Origin: Synechocystis sp. PCC 6803 substr. PCC-P
GTDB taxonomy: Bacteria; Cyanobacteriota; Cyanobacteriia; Cyanobacteriales; Microcystaceae
Assembly (NCBI RefSeq): GCF_000284455.1
Contig: NC_017039.1
Location: forward strand, 1,470,001-1,502,000
Reading direction: 5' to 3'
DNA length: 32,000 nucleotides
Within the stretch, counting starts at the first letter, position 1. Each line of letters begins with the position of its first letter. Below are positions 1-10,411 of this stretch, one piece after another. The position numbers and the translations under genes were made by a program. Under the pieces are notes generated by a model. That model ran no database searches, had not been told where the DNA came from, and saw nothing but the letters and a program-made list of their open reading frames with translations.

Positions 1-363
1 TCTTTGGTTAACCGGGGAGCGGCGGTGGATTACCTAGCCCAAACCCAGCCCAAAACAGTGTGGCTATTGGGTTCCGGTTGGGAAGGGGGTTATTCCCTAG
101 AAGATACGGTCTGTGCTGGGGCGATCGCCAGCTTGCTCCGGGAAAAAGGCATTGATTTCACCGTGGGCAATGATGAAGTGGTGGCGGCCCAAAGTTTGTA
201 CCGCCAATGGCGGAGTGATTTACTGAATTTGTTTAAACAAGCCAGCCATGGCCAACGGCTACTCAAGCTTGACCGCCTAGAGGATTTGCGCTACTGCGCC
301 ACAGAGGATTTAATTGATATTCTGCCCAAACAAGTGTCGCCAGGGGTGTTGACCGCTGCTTAA
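1..363 (+). CDS. comB: ComB-like (2-phosphosulfolactate phosphatase family) protein, C-terminal part, truncated by the window start
   Basis: Frame is open to the window edge. The translation has NRGAAVDYL and [19 protein letters not shown], which resemble the ComB family C-terminal region. Confidence 0.65.
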   Translation, partial: SLVNRGAAVDYLAQTQPKTVWLLGSGWEGGYSLEDTVCAGAIASLLREKGIDFTVGNDEVVAAQSLYRQWRSDLLNLFKQASHGQRLLKLDRLEDLRYCATEDLIDILPKQVSPGVLTAA

Positions 364-441
364 ATTCGAGAATTGTCTTTATATTTAAGTTTTGAGTTCT
401 CTTCTCCTAATCATTTTCCTAGCTATCATTGCTAAAACACT

Positions 442-1047
442 ATGGACACCTTTGACGCTATTTACCAACGGCGATCGGTTAAGCATTTTGACCCTGACCA
501 TCGTTTAACGGCCGAAGAAGAAAGAAAGTTGCTCGAAGCGGCCATCCAAGCTCCCACTAGTTTTAACATCCAACATTGGCGATTCTTGATCATTCGGGAT
601 CCCCAACTGCGGCAAACCATCCGGGAAAAATATGGCAATCAGGCCCAAATGACCGACGCTTCCCTGTTAATTTTGGTAGCGGCGGATGTTAACGCTTGGG
701 ATAAAGACCCCGCCCGTTACTGGCGCAATGCCCCCCGGGAAGTGGCCAATTATCTTGTTGGGGCGATCGCCTCTTTCTATGGTGGCAAACCACAGTTGCA
801 ACGGGATGAAGCCCAACGGTCCATTGGCATGGCCATGCAAAATTTGATGTTGGCGGCCAAGGCCATGGGCTATGATAGCTGTCCCATGATCGGCTTTGAC
901 CTCCAAAAGGTAGCCGAGTTGGTCAAATTACCCGCTGACTATGCCATTGGCCCCATGGTGGCGATCGGTAAACGCACCGAAGATGCCCGGGCAAAAGGCG
1001 GTCAAACTCCCCTGGAAGAATTGGTCTGGGAAAACTCCTTTGCCTAA
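442..1047 (+). CDS. drgA: Nitroreductase family protein (DrgA-like NAD(P)H:quinone/nitroaromatic oxidoreductase)
   Basis: 201 aa ORF with N-terminal RRSVKHFDP, the FMN-binding nitroreductase pattern APTSFNIQHWRF, and C-terminal MVAIGKR. Confidence 0.9.
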   Translation: MDTFDAIYQRRSVKHFDPDHRLTAEEERKLLEAAIQAPTSFNIQHWRFLIIRDPQLRQTIREKYGNQAQMTDASLLILVAADVNAWDKDPARYWRNAPREVANYLVGAIASFYGGKPQLQRDEAQRSIGMAMQNLMLAAKAMGYDSCPMIGFDLQKVAELVKLPADYAIGPMVAIGKRTEDARAKGGQTPLEELVWENSFA

Positions 1048-1176
1048 CTAAGGTTTGGTGTTTAGCAATTTAGTGTTGAGTGGCTAATTGCTGAACCCGC
1101 TCCGACTCCCATTTAACGCTTACTTCTCACCCCTAACTCCTGCTGTTCAACGAAATTTTGCTTGATTAACACCTCT

Positions 1177-2976
1177 ATGCGTACTCATTATTGCGGCGAC
1201 CTACGGACAACCCATCTGGGGGAGACAGTGACCCTCTACGGTTGGGTCGATCGCCGTCGGGATCATGGTGGCGTAATTTTCCTTGACCTGCGCGATCGCC
1301 AGGGCATAGTGCAAATCGCCAGTAGTCCTGACCAAACCCCCGCTTCCTATCCAGTGGCGGAAGGATTACGTAATGAATACGTGGTGCAAGTTACCGGTGT
1401 GGTCAGTAAACGTCCCCCGGAATCATTGAACGAAAAAATTCCCACCGGGGAAATTGAGATCTATGCCGACAGCATTATCTTGCTCAACGGCGTCAATCAA
1501 CAATTACCTTTTGTGGTGTCTAGTCACGAAGCAGAACAGGTGCGGGAAGATGTGCGCCTTAAATACCGTTATCTAGATCTGCGGCGGGCTAGGTTGAGTC
1601 AAAATCTACAACTGCGGCATCAAGTGGTCAAAGCTATGCGCCGTTTCCTGGAAGATCAAGAGAATTTTCTGGAAATTGAAACCCCCATTCTCACCCGTTC
1701 CACCCCCGAAGGGGCCAGGGATTATCTTGTTCCCTCCCGAGTTAACCCAGGGGAATGGTACGCTCTGCCCCAATCGCCCCAACTGTTTAAGCAATTATTG
1801 ATGGTGGCGGGGATGGATCGTTATTATCAAATTGCCCGTTGTTTTCGGGATGAAGATTTAAGAGCCGATCGCCAACCGGAATTTACCCAGTTGGATATGG
1901 AAATGAGCTTTATGGGCCAGGAGGAAATTCTTGACCTCAACGAAGCGTTAATTTGCCACATTTTCAAAGTTGTTAAAAATATCGATTTGCCCCGGCCATT
2001 TCCCCGATTGACCTATCAAGAATCAATGGCTAAGTATGGCAATGATCGCCCGGATACCCGTTTTGGTTTGGAATTGGTGGACGTTTCCGACCTGCTGGGT
2101 AACACAGGTTTTAAGGTTTTTTCCGCTGCCGTCAGTAGTGGGGGGTCCATCAAAGCTATCCGGGTGCCGGGGGGCAATGAGACTATTTCCAATGTGCGGA
2201 TTAAACCCGGCGGAGATTTGTTCAAAGAAGCCACGGAAGCGGGCGCTAAGGGCATTGCCTACATTCGGGTGCGGGATAACGGAGAAATCGACACCATTGG
2301 GGCTATTAAAGAGAACCTAGATGAGGCCCAGGTAAAAACGTTACTGCAATTAACCCAAGCTGAAGCCGGAGACTTACTCCTGTTTGGTGCCGGAGACACT
2401 GCCACGGTGGATAAATCCCTTTCCCGCCTCCGGTTGGTGCTGGGAGAACAGTTGGGTTTGATCGATCCCGATGCCATTAACCTGCTTTGGATCACCGACT
2501 TCCCCATGTTCGAGTGGAATAGTGATGAAAAACGCTTTGAAGCTCTGCACCATCCTTTCACTGCGCCCCACCCCGATGATTTAGGCGATCTGAAAACTGC
2601 CCGGGCCCAGGCCTACGATTTGGTCATGAACGGCGTGGAAATTGGCGGCGGTAGTTTGCGGATTTACCAACGGGAAGTACAGGAAAAAGTTTTTGCCACC
2701 ATCGGTTTATCCCCCGAAGAAGCCCACGAAAAATTTGGTTTCCTATTGGATGCGTTCGAGTATGGCACCCCTCCCCACGGCGGCATTGCCTACGGTTTAG
2801 ACCGGTTAGTGATGTTGTTGGCTAAAGAAGATTCCATTCGGGATGTGATTGCTTTCCCCAAAACCCAACAGGCCAGTTGTCTGCTCACGGAAGCACCAGC
2901 GGCGGTGGATAAAAAACAACTCAAGGAATTGTCCGTGGCTTCTACTTACGTCCCTAAAGTTAAAGTGGACGACTAG
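1177..2976 (+). CDS. aspS: Aspartyl-tRNA synthetase
   Basis: About 600 aa with class II aaRS motifs ([72 protein letters not shown]). The ORF track starts at TTG 1162; ATG 1177 ([10 protein letters not shown]) is the more usual start. Confidence 0.97.
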   Translation: MRTHYCGDLRTTHLGETVTLYGWVDRRRDHGGVIFLDLRDRQGIVQIASSPDQTPASYPVAEGLRNEYVVQVTGVVSKRPPESLNEKIPTGEIEIYADSIILLNGVNQQLPFVVSSHEAEQVREDVRLKYRYLDLRRARLSQNLQLRHQVVKAMRRFLEDQENFLEIETPILTRSTPEGARDYLVPSRVNPGEWYALPQSPQLFKQLLMVAGMDRYYQIARCFRDEDLRADRQPEFTQLDMEMSFMGQEEILDLNEALICHIFKVVKNIDLPRPFPRLTYQESMAKYGNDRPDTRFGLELVDVSDLLGNTGFKVFSAAVSSGGSIKAIRVPGGNETISNVRIKPGGDLFKEATEAGAKGIAYIRVRDNGEIDTIGAIKENLDEAQVKTLLQLTQAEAGDLLLFGAGDTATVDKSLSRLRLVLGEQLGLIDPDAINLLWITDFPMFEWNSDEKRFEALHHPFTAPHPDDLGDLKTARAQAYDLVMNGVEIGGGSLRIYQREVQEKVFATIGLSPEEAHEKFGFLLDAFEYGTPPHGGIAYGLDRLVMLLAKEDSIRDVIAFPKTQQASCLLTEAPAAVDKKQLKELSVASTYVPKVKVDD

Positions 2977-2992
2977 GTAGCCCTGTTTTTTA

Positions 2993-4480
2993 TTGGCCCC
3001 CATGATGGAACGTTTTTCCCCTACTACGGCTTTATGGAAAAAATTGAGCCTCTTTGACCGCACCGTGGGGGCGATCGCCATCGTTTTGGTTCTTCTAATT
3101 GCGGTGGTGCTATTACGGGGCAATCAAAGTCCCCTGATGGTAACGCAATACAGTTGGCGCAACACCAACATCGGGGCCCAAACCCAGGCCCTGACCATGA
3201 CTTTTAACCATCCCGTTGACCCGGACGTAATGGAGTCAGGCTTGGTAATTGACCCACCCCTGGCGGGCAAAACCATTTGGCAGGGGCGGCGTTGGTTCTA
3301 CACCCTAACGGACATCCCCCGTTATGGCACTAACTATCAATTGACCTTACCTTTACCTGCCATGGTGCGGGGTCCAAGGGGACAGGATTTCACCAGTCTG
3401 ATCACCAGTCGGGCCCGGGCTTTGGCCTATATTGGTGTGGCCGGCGAAGAAAGGGGAAGGTTAATTCTCTACAACATCACCAACCCCCAACAACCCCAAA
3501 AAATTATCCTCACCCCTAAGGACCTCACCGTTCGACAGTTTCAAATTTATCCCCAAGGCGATCGCCTGATTTTCACCGCCACCGATCCGACCCGTCGGGG
3601 GGGACAACAGAATATTTTCACTGTCGCCACCGGTATTAATAACCTCAACACCCAAACTAAAGTTCTACCAGGCAAATTGGAAAGGCTTTGGGAAGACCAG
3701 GATTATGATAACCAGCGCATTGCCCTGGCTGCTAACGGCAGTATGTTAGTTATTGCTAGAGAAAATGCTCAAAATTCTGCTGACTCTGGTTTGTGGGTAG
3801 CCCCCAGTGGAGAAAATCCCAGACCTCTAGGTATTAGGGCCGAAAAATTTATTGTTGGACCCAATGGTAATTTCCTTGCAGTGGGCCAGGAGGGGGGAGT
3901 GGGTTTAATTCCCCTAATTCCGGAGGCCGGGGCGCCCCATTTTTTGGAAGCAATGGAGCAAGCCTTGGATTTTTCTGCTGATGGCAAACAATTGCTATTA
4001 AGCCAACAAAACCCAGACTTTAGCCATTCCCTAATTGTTTACGACCTGCAGGAACGCACTCAAAGGGAAGTTTTACGGGGTCCCTACCCCCTAATAAGCT
4101 GTCGTTTTGACCCCCGCTCCCAACCCAGGGCCTATTGCTTGCAGGCGGATTTTATCCAACGGGAAGGCGAGCCTGTGCAACCAGAACCCTACCTGGCGGT
4201 GATTAATTTAACCGACGGTCAAGCCCGCCCCCTCTTAGCTTTACCCAATTACCCCGAAGTTGATCTCACCGTTGCTCCCGATGGTCTGGGGTTAATGTTT
4301 GACCAGGTAGCCACAGGACCTACTCTTGGTTCCCATGATCTTCTCACCAATTCTCAAAGATCCATTGTGGATGGACGAGTTTGGTTGTTGCCCCTACCCG
4401 GAGATTTGGCCACGGAAACCGATGCGGATCCCGATCCCCAAGAATTGACCGCTGGTTTTGCTCCCCGTTGGATGCCATAG
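2993..4480 (+). CDS. Membrane-anchored hypothetical protein with an N-terminal TM segment, an Ig-like segment and a TolB/WD40-like beta-propeller region
   Basis: 495 aa. TM segment AIAIVLVLLIAVVLL; segment TMTFNHPVDPDVMESGLVIDPPL typical of bacterial Ig-like repeats; repeated FSADGKQLLLS / GPNGNFLAV / APDGLGLMF blade-like motifs. Confidence 0.6.
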   Translation: MAPMMERFSPTTALWKKLSLFDRTVGAIAIVLVLLIAVVLLRGNQSPLMVTQYSWRNTNIGAQTQALTMTFNHPVDPDVMESGLVIDPPLAGKTIWQGRRWFYTLTDIPRYGTNYQLTLPLPAMVRGPRGQDFTSLITSRARALAYIGVAGEERGRLILYNITNPQQPQKIILTPKDLTVRQFQIYPQGDRLIFTATDPTRRGGQQNIFTVATGINNLNTQTKVLPGKLERLWEDQDYDNQRIALAANGSMLVIARENAQNSADSGLWVAPSGENPRPLGIRAEKFIVGPNGNFLAVGQEGGVGLIPLIPEAGAPHFLEAMEQALDFSADGKQLLLSQQNPDFSHSLIVYDLQERTQREVLRGPYPLISCRFDPRSQPRAYCLQADFIQREGEPVQPEPYLAVINLTDGQARPLLALPNYPEVDLTVAPDGLGLMFDQVATGPTLGSHDLLTNSQRSIVDGRVWLLPLPGDLATETDADPDPQELTAGFAPRWMP

Positions 4481-4582
4481 GCTCTGATCCCCACTGGATT
4501 AGGGTTATTAGGCTGTGCTGACGTCCAAAGGGTCAGATTATTTGGTACGCTAATTTAAACAGTTTGGGAATAGTAAGTAAGC

Positions 4583-5746
4583 GTGAACATTACGATTGGA
4601 CGGGGAAAAACAGCCCGTCGAGCCTATGGTATCGACGAAATTGCACTGGTTCCCGGAGTGCGGACCTTAGACCCAGCCCTGGCCGATACCCGCTGGAAAG
4701 TGGGCGCCATTGAGCGGGAAATCCCCATTATTGCCAGCGCCATGGATGGGGTTGTGGACAGCCGCATGGCAGTACTACTATCCGAACTAGGCGCTTTGGG
4801 GGTAGTCAATTTAGAGGGCATTCAAACCCGCTACGAAGATCCCAATCCGATTTTGGACCGCATCGCTTCGGTGGGCAAAACGGAATTTGTGGGGTTAATG
4901 CAGGAACTCTACGCCGAACCCATCAAGCCGGAGTTAATTACCAAGCGCATTCAAGAAATCCAAGCCGCTGGGGGCATTGCCGCAGTTAGTCTGACTCCGG
5001 TGGGGGCATCTAAATATGCCAGTACGGTGGCCGAAGCTGGGGCGGATTTGTTATTTATCCAGGCCACAGTGGTCTCCACGGCCCACCTATCCCCCGAATC
5101 GGTGGAGAGTTTGGACCTGGTCAAGCTTTGTCAGGAAATGCCCATGCCGGTGGTGTTGGGCAATTGCGTTACCTACGAAGTCAGCCTGGAGTTGATGCGG
5201 GCCGGTGCAGCGGCGGTGCTGGTGGGTATTGGCCCCGGTGCGGCCTGTACTTCCCGGGGAGTTTTGGGAGTAGGGGTACCTCAACCGACGGCGATCGCCG
5301 ATTGTGCAGCAGCCAGAGATGACTATTTGCAAGAAACGGGTCGTTACGTGCCTGTCATTGCCGATGGGGGCATCATTACTGGTGGGGACATCTGTAAATG
5401 TATTGCCTGCGGTGCTGATGCAGTGATGATTGGTTCCCCCATTGCCAGGGCGGCGGAAGCTCCCGGCCGTGGTTTCCATTGGGGTATGGCCACCCCCAGT
5501 CCCGTATTACCCCGGGGTACTCGCATCAACGTCGGTACCACTGGCACCATTCGGGAAATTTTAGTAGGGCCCGCCAAATTGGATGACGGCACCCATAATC
5601 TACTGGGGGCAATAAAAACTAGCATGGGCACCCTAGGAGCCAAAGATATGAAAGAGATGCAACAGGTGGATGTGGTCATTGCCCCTTCCCTGCTCACGGA
5701 GGGTAAGGTTTACCAAAAAGCCCAACAGTTGGGTATGGGTAAGTAA
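4583..5746 (+). CDS. IMP dehydrogenase-related protein lacking CBS domains (GuaB3-like)
   Basis: 387 aa, GTG start. Contains IIASAMDGVVDSRMA, VGIGPGAACTSRGVLGVGVPQPTAIADCAAA and VIADGGIITGGDICKCIACGADAVMIGSPIARA. Short form with no CBS insertion. Confidence 0.9.
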   Translation: MNITIGRGKTARRAYGIDEIALVPGVRTLDPALADTRWKVGAIEREIPIIASAMDGVVDSRMAVLLSELGALGVVNLEGIQTRYEDPNPILDRIASVGKTEFVGLMQELYAEPIKPELITKRIQEIQAAGGIAAVSLTPVGASKYASTVAEAGADLLFIQATVVSTAHLSPESVESLDLVKLCQEMPMPVVLGNCVTYEVSLELMRAGAAAVLVGIGPGAACTSRGVLGVGVPQPTAIADCAAARDDYLQETGRYVPVIADGGIITGGDICKCIACGADAVMIGSPIARAAEAPGRGFHWGMATPSPVLPRGTRINVGTTGTIREILVGPAKLDDGTHNLLGAIKTSMGTLGAKDMKEMQQVDVVIAPSLLTEGKVYQKAQQLGMGK

Positions 5747-5749
5747 TTC

Positions 5750-6685
5750 TTGCCATTGCAACTATCAACCCCCTGGGATTATTCTGGGGGGATTTTTATT
5801 GGGTTTATTTGTTACCCTGGTCTGGGCCTTGTTGACCAATGCCCCACCACTACCCGCTATTACCCCGCCGCTGTGAAACACTGGAAAACTTACCTAGTTT
5901 TAGTCCTATTGGCGATCGCCATGTTGTTACCGTTGCTGTGGTTGGTAGCTACGGCGTTGAAGGCCCCGACGGAGGATGTCTTTGGGGGTTTGGGACAATT
6001 GTTACCCCGGCAACCCAACCTGGGGAATTTTATCAAGGTTTGGCAAGACTATCCCTTTGGCCGTTACCTATTCAACAGCGTGGTGGTGTCCAGCATCACT
6101 GTGGCCCTTAACTTGTTTTTTTGCGCCCTGGCCGCCTATCCCCTGGCCCGTTTAAACTTTGTCGGTCGGGACATGACCCTAGCGGCGATCGTGGCCACGT
6201 TGATGATTCCTTTCCAGTTAATCATGATTCCCCTCTACATTCTGGCAGTGAATTTAGGGCTCAGGAATAGCTACGTGGGCATTATCTTCCCCAGCCTTGC
6301 TTCTGCCTTTGGTATTTTTCTGCTCCGGCAAGCTTTCCAAGGGGTGCCCAAGGAATTGGAAGAAGCGGGCCGCATCGATGGTTGTCGAGAACTGGGTATT
6401 TGGTGGCACATTATGATTCCGGCCATTCGCCCTGCCCTGGTAACCCTAGCTATTTTTGTTTTTATCGGTGCCTGGAGCGATTTTCTCTGGCCACTGATTG
6501 TGCTCGATCAACCAGAATATTACACATTGCCTTTGGGCGTTGCTCAATTATCTAGTGCTTTGGATTTTGACTGGCGGCTCATTGCAGCGGCTTCCGTGAT
6601 TGCTATTGCTCCCATTATCGTACTATTTCTGTTTGTGCAACGTTATATCATCCCCTCCGAGGCCAGCAGTGGAGTCAAAGGGTAG
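5750..6685 (+). CDS. ABC transporter permease, MalG/sugar type (true start may be GTG 5873)
   Basis: Multiple TM segments and the permease EAA-like signature EEAGRIDGCRELGIWWHIMIPAIRPAL. The N-terminal 41 codons look unlike a family N-terminus; the in-frame GTG at 5873 gives VKHWKTYLVLVLLAIAMLLPLLWL. Confidence 0.85.
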   Translation: MPLQLSTPWDYSGGIFIGFICYPGLGLVDQCPTTTRYYPAAVKHWKTYLVLVLLAIAMLLPLLWLVATALKAPTEDVFGGLGQLLPRQPNLGNFIKVWQDYPFGRYLFNSVVVSSITVALNLFFCALAAYPLARLNFVGRDMTLAAIVATLMIPFQLIMIPLYILAVNLGLRNSYVGIIFPSLASAFGIFLLRQAFQGVPKELEEAGRIDGCRELGIWWHIMIPAIRPALVTLAIFVFIGAWSDFLWPLIVLDQPEYYTLPLGVAQLSSALDFDWRLIAAASVIAIAPIIVLFLFVQRYIIPSEASSGVKG

Positions 6686-7919
6686 AGCCATTTTCTTCGG
6701 TAAAAGTTAGTCCAGCATAGTCAATTAACCGGTGAATTAAATCCTGACCAAAGCTAGCCGCAGGGGTCCAGAAACCGCCTTGGAGAGATGATTTGGGTCT
6801 GTCTTTGGCTAAACATAATGCGGCTTGGGCTAATATTTTTGCCGTGGAACCATAGCCGGGGTCTTGATCCCCTGTAACTTTGACCATGGTGGATTGGCCA
6901 GAGGCAGTTTCTCCCCAAAAGCGTAAATCATAAAAGCCCTGCTGTTGAGCTTCTTCAGTGGGGCCTTCCCCTGGTTTAGGTAGGATTTGGAGTAACAACC
7001 ATCGACTGGGGCCGATCGCCAAAGCCAAGGCCATAAGATCCAAACTCCATTTAATGCCCTGGGCTGCTAACCAACCGATTATCCCTGGCCCCGTTAAGAT
7101 GCCTTCCTCATATTGGAACCCTTCACCATAGACTTCGTTTTGGAGGGTATTGGAACGTAAAACAATGGGAGTGTTGATCCCTGCCATGACAAAGGGGGCA
7201 GTCCATCCGGAAAAGATGGGGTCATTTTGCACGGGGATGAGGCTGGGGGGATGGTCAGACCGGTGATCAGGTTTAAAGCAAAGGATGTAAGGATTGCGGA
7301 GGGCCTGGCGGGTGGAAGGATCGGCGATCGCCTCTTGAATCAGGTTGATGCCACTGGCGATCGTGCCTCCGGAAATGCCACCTTGGCAAGCTTTAACCCC
7401 CATTTTGACCCGGATGCAAGGTTCCCCCCAACGCCGTTGACTTTGTTGTTGTAAGTAATACACCCCGAGGTCAGAAGGAATGGAATCGAAGCCGCAACAA
7501 TGGACAATGCGAGCCCCTGATTGCTTGGCGATCGCCTCATATTTTTGGATCATTTGTTGTACCCATTGGACTTCCCCAGTCAGATCGCAGTAATCTGTGC
7601 CGGTAATGGCACAAACCCGGACTAGGGTTTCTCCATAAAGGGCATAGGGGCCGACTGTGGAAACCACAACTTTGGTTTGGGAGCACAGTGTAGTGACAGC
7701 GGCTTCGTCTTTGATATCAACCACAAAGGTGGGCAAATGGGCAGCTTGAGGGCCAAGGGATTGAACCAAACGGTCAAGTTTAGCTTGGGAACGGCCGGCG
7801 ATCGCCCAGTTTTTTGCTGCTGCAGTTTCCCAGTGGGACAACAAATAGCGGCAAACAATCCCACCGACAAATCCCGTCGCACCCACAATTATCAGGTCAT
7901 ATGGCAATGGCTTCGTCAT
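6675..7919 (-). CDS. Saccharopine dehydrogenase-like / trans-acting enoyl reductase family protein
   Basis: 414 aa with the Rossmann start DLIIVGATGFVGGIVCRYL and CCGFDSIPSDLGVYYL, characteristic of this family. Confidence 0.85.
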   Translation of the reverse strand: MTKPLPYDLIIVGATGFVGGIVCRYLLSHWETAAAKNWAIAGRSQAKLDRLVQSLGPQAAHLPTFVVDIKDEAAVTTLCSQTKVVVSTVGPYALYGETLVRVCAITGTDYCDLTGEVQWVQQMIQKYEAIAKQSGARIVHCCGFDSIPSDLGVYYLQQQSQRRWGEPCIRVKMGVKACQGGISGGTIASGINLIQEAIADPSTRQALRNPYILCFKPDHRSDHPPSLIPVQNDPIFSGWTAPFVMAGINTPIVLRSNTLQNEVYGEGFQYEEGILTGPGIIGWLAAQGIKWSLDLMALALAIGPSRWLLLQILPKPGEGPTEEAQQQGFYDLRFWGETASGQSTMVKVTGDQDPGYGSTAKILAQAALCLAKDRPKSSLQGGFWTPAASFGQDLIHRLIDYAGLTFTEENGSTL

Positions 7920-8015
7920 AGAGTTTAACGGTAGTTGAAAGGTTGAATGGGATACAAAGCTGACTATGGGATAGTCTGGATTGATATACTGACGGTCGAG
8001 TCTTAAATTTGCCTA

Positions 8016-8810
8016 ATGTTATTTGCCCATGAGGCTTCCAGGATGATGTGCCCCCAGAAATGGTTTAAACGATTATTACCCATGGTTTTGGGTGTTTGCT
8101 GTTTGCTAACCGGCTGTGTGGATTATGACGTGGGCATTCGTTTTCCAGAGCAACATTATGGGGAAATTGTCCAACACATTACCCTGGGGGAACAACTAAC
8201 TACCCTGAGCCAAGCAGAAGCCGATCGTTGGCTCAAAAGTTTAGACCAGCGGGCTAAGGACTTAAACGGTCACACGGATCGCCCGTCGGAGGAAACCCTT
8301 GTGATAACCATTCCTTTTGGTAGCGGCCAGGAGTTGGTGGAAAAGTTCAATCGCTTTTTTAATCCCCAACCCCCCAAAGGAAGGCGATCGCCAGAGCCAG
8401 ACCAGTTGGATTTGCTTAATTTGAAAGCGGAACTCGCACTAGAGCAAAGTAATTGGTTATTAGCAGACCGCAATCATCTCAAGTTAACCGTTGACCTGCG
8501 GGCCCTAGGGGTTTTATCCAACCAAGGCAACATTATCCTTAGTCCCGGCTCCCTAATTAACCTCAATTTTGATTTGCAAACTCCCTTAACTCTCCAAACT
8601 CCCAATGCTCCGGGGGAAGAATTAGGCACAGAAGTGCCTGGGCAATGGCAGTTAAAACCTGGACAAATTAACGTTATTGAAACGACCTTTTTTGTGCCTA
8701 GTTATTTGGCGATCGGGACAATTTTAATTATCATCCTTTGTTTAGGGGGTTTTTATCTCAAATATGGCCGTTGGCCCGGAGTGCTTGATAGCAAAGTTGA
8801 GGGAGTTTAA
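8016..8810 (+). CDS. Lipoprotein, DUF3153-like (start possibly ATG 8043 or 8046)
   Basis: Lipobox-like LLTGC near the N-terminus followed by VDYDVGIRFPEQHYGEIVQHI, plus a C-terminal TM helix LAIGTILIIILCLGGFYL. Confidence 0.7.
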   Translation: MLFAHEASRMMCPQKWFKRLLPMVLGVCCLLTGCVDYDVGIRFPEQHYGEIVQHITLGEQLTTLSQAEADRWLKSLDQRAKDLNGHTDRPSEETLVITIPFGSGQELVEKFNRFFNPQPPKGRRSPEPDQLDLLNLKAELALEQSNWLLADRNHLKLTVDLRALGVLSNQGNIILSPGSLINLNFDLQTPLTLQTPNAPGEELGTEVPGQWQLKPGQINVIETTFFVPSYLAIGTILIIILCLGGFYLKYGRWPGVLDSKVEGV

Positions 8811-8939
8811 GAACGTGTTTGAAAAGTCCCCCTAATCCCCCCAAAATTTGGAGAGAAACTGAGTAAAAGTTACCCTCGTACCGCCGGAGCGTTAGTAAGG
8901 AGATTTAGGGGGCGGAATAAAATTTTCCAAATACGTTCT
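8810..8939. repeat. MITE-like repeat, copy 1, abutting the stop codon of the upstream lipoprotein gene
   Basis: Terminal inverted repeats agaacgtgtttgaaaagt / aaattttccaaatacgttct. Both ends are flanked by TAA. Internal tracts cccccta...tttaggggg. Homologous sequence occurs elsewhere in the window. Confidence 0.75.
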
Positions 8940-8977
8940 AAATCCTTAAACTTTAATCAAAAATTGTCAGGTTGCCA

Positions 8978-9313
8978 TTAGCGCCCTAGGGTTAACTCCT
9001 CTTTTTTAACCAAAATGCCCCGGGGTCGCCATACCATTAACACCATTAAAATTAGCCCGATGACCATAACCCGTAAAGCTCCAGCTTGACTCTGGTCTAA
9101 AAAAGCAATTTGGGGCAATAAAAACCTGGTGAGGGAATCATAGGCCCAAAAAATAATGGTGCCTAACACCGTGCCTACATTACTGTCAGCTCCCCCCAGC
9201 ACCACAATAATTCAAGCGTTAAAAATCAACAACGTGTCAAAATTACCCGGGTAAATACTGGTCAAATGCCAAGCAAATAATGCCCCCACCAAACTGGCGA
9301 TCGCCATAATAGT
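8978..9313 (-). pseudogene. Remnant of the C-terminus of a LivM-type (branched-chain/neutral amino acid or urea) ABC transporter permease
   Basis: Same minus-strand frame reads IASLVGALFAWHLTSIYPGNFDTLLIFNA-stop(TGA, 9212-9214)-IIVVLGGADSNVGTVLGTIIFWAYDSLTRFLLPQIAFLDQSQAGALRVMVIGLILMVLMVWRPRGIL. This is typical of the LivM C-terminus; the N-terminal two thirds are missing. Confidence 0.75.
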
Positions 9314-9490
9314 TGTCTCCCAAGGAGAACTGTTTTTGACAGAAGATCCAACCCGATGGAGATGATAGTTTCGTAAATATGTTTTAGGTCTGATGTCGCA
9401 AATCACTCTTTCCAGATAAGGTTAGTTGCTCCTCTGATCCCAATGAGTTGATAGCAAGGAAGTTTTCATTATTGTGGCGATACAAACCAA

Positions 9491-10411
9491 CTAGACTTGA
9501 TCTACCACCACAGTCTGATTTTCATCGTCTTCCGGATTTGGCCCCGAGCGTTTGCGCCATTCCTGGGCCAAAATGCCATACTTGGGTGCACCAATCATGG
9601 CTATTACGAATAGCGTTGTCAGGATAACCACAATCATGCCCCCGGTCGAAACATCAAAGTGATAGCTCAAATAGGTGCCAAGCACACAGGACAGTACACT
9701 GCTGACGACCGAGTACCAAAGCATATGATCAAAGCGATCGCTGAGCAGATAGCCAATGGATCCTGGAGTGACCAGCATGGAAATTACTAAAATAATGCCC
9801 GCTGTTTGTAAAGCCGCCACAATGGTGAGGGCCAGAACCGACAACAGCGTGTAATACATCACTTGGGTGCGTAGACCGATCGCCTTGGCATGGTTTGGAT
9901 CAAAACAAAACAAGAGCAGGTCCTTGCGGCGCAACAAAATCACGATTAGGGTAATGGAGCCAGCAATCAAGGTTTGGATGATGTCTTGTTGAGAAATGCC
10001 CAGCACATTGCCAAACAGAATATGGAATAGGTCAACATTACTAGGAATTTTGGTCACCAACACTAATCCAAGGGCAAAAAATCCCGTAAAGACAATGCCA
10101 ATGACTGCATCCTCCTTTAACCGGGTTTTAGACTTGACGTAACCGATCGCCACCGTTGCCCCAAAGCCAAAGGTAAAAGCTCCAATGGCAAAGGGAATAT
10201 TCAAGGCATAGGCCAGCACTACACCGGGGACCACTGCATGGGAAATGGCATCCCCCATTAAGGACCAACCTTTGAGAGTGATGTAGCAAGAGAGCACCGC
10301 ACACACTAGTCCCACAAAGGCGCTCACCCAAATTGCCCGGATTAAAAATTCATATTGCAAAGGCTCCACTAACCAATGCCAAAAGGGAAAGGCCACCACT
10401 AACTGATTCAC
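9491..10411 (-). CDS. mntB: Manganese ABC transporter, permease subunit
   Basis: 306 aa ABC-3/ZnuB-type permease ([20 protein letters not shown]-like C-terminus). The ATG overlaps the mntA stop by 4 nt and the gene lies in an mntCAB array. Confidence 0.92.
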   Translation of the reverse strand: MNQLVVAFPFWHWLVEPLQYEFLIRAIWVSAFVGLVCAVLSCYITLKGWSLMGDAISHAVVPGVVLAYALNIPFAIGAFTFGFGATVAIGYVKSKTRLKEDAVIGIVFTGFFALGLVLVTKIPSNVDLFHILFGNVLGISQQDIIQTLIAGSITLIVILLRRKDLLLFCFDPNHAKAIGLRTQVMYYTLLSVLALTIVAALQTAGIILVISMLVTPGSIGYLLSDRFDHMLWYSVVSSVLSCVLGTYLSYHFDVSTGGMIVVILTTLFVIAMIGAPKYGILAQEWRKRSGPNPEDDENQTVVVDQV

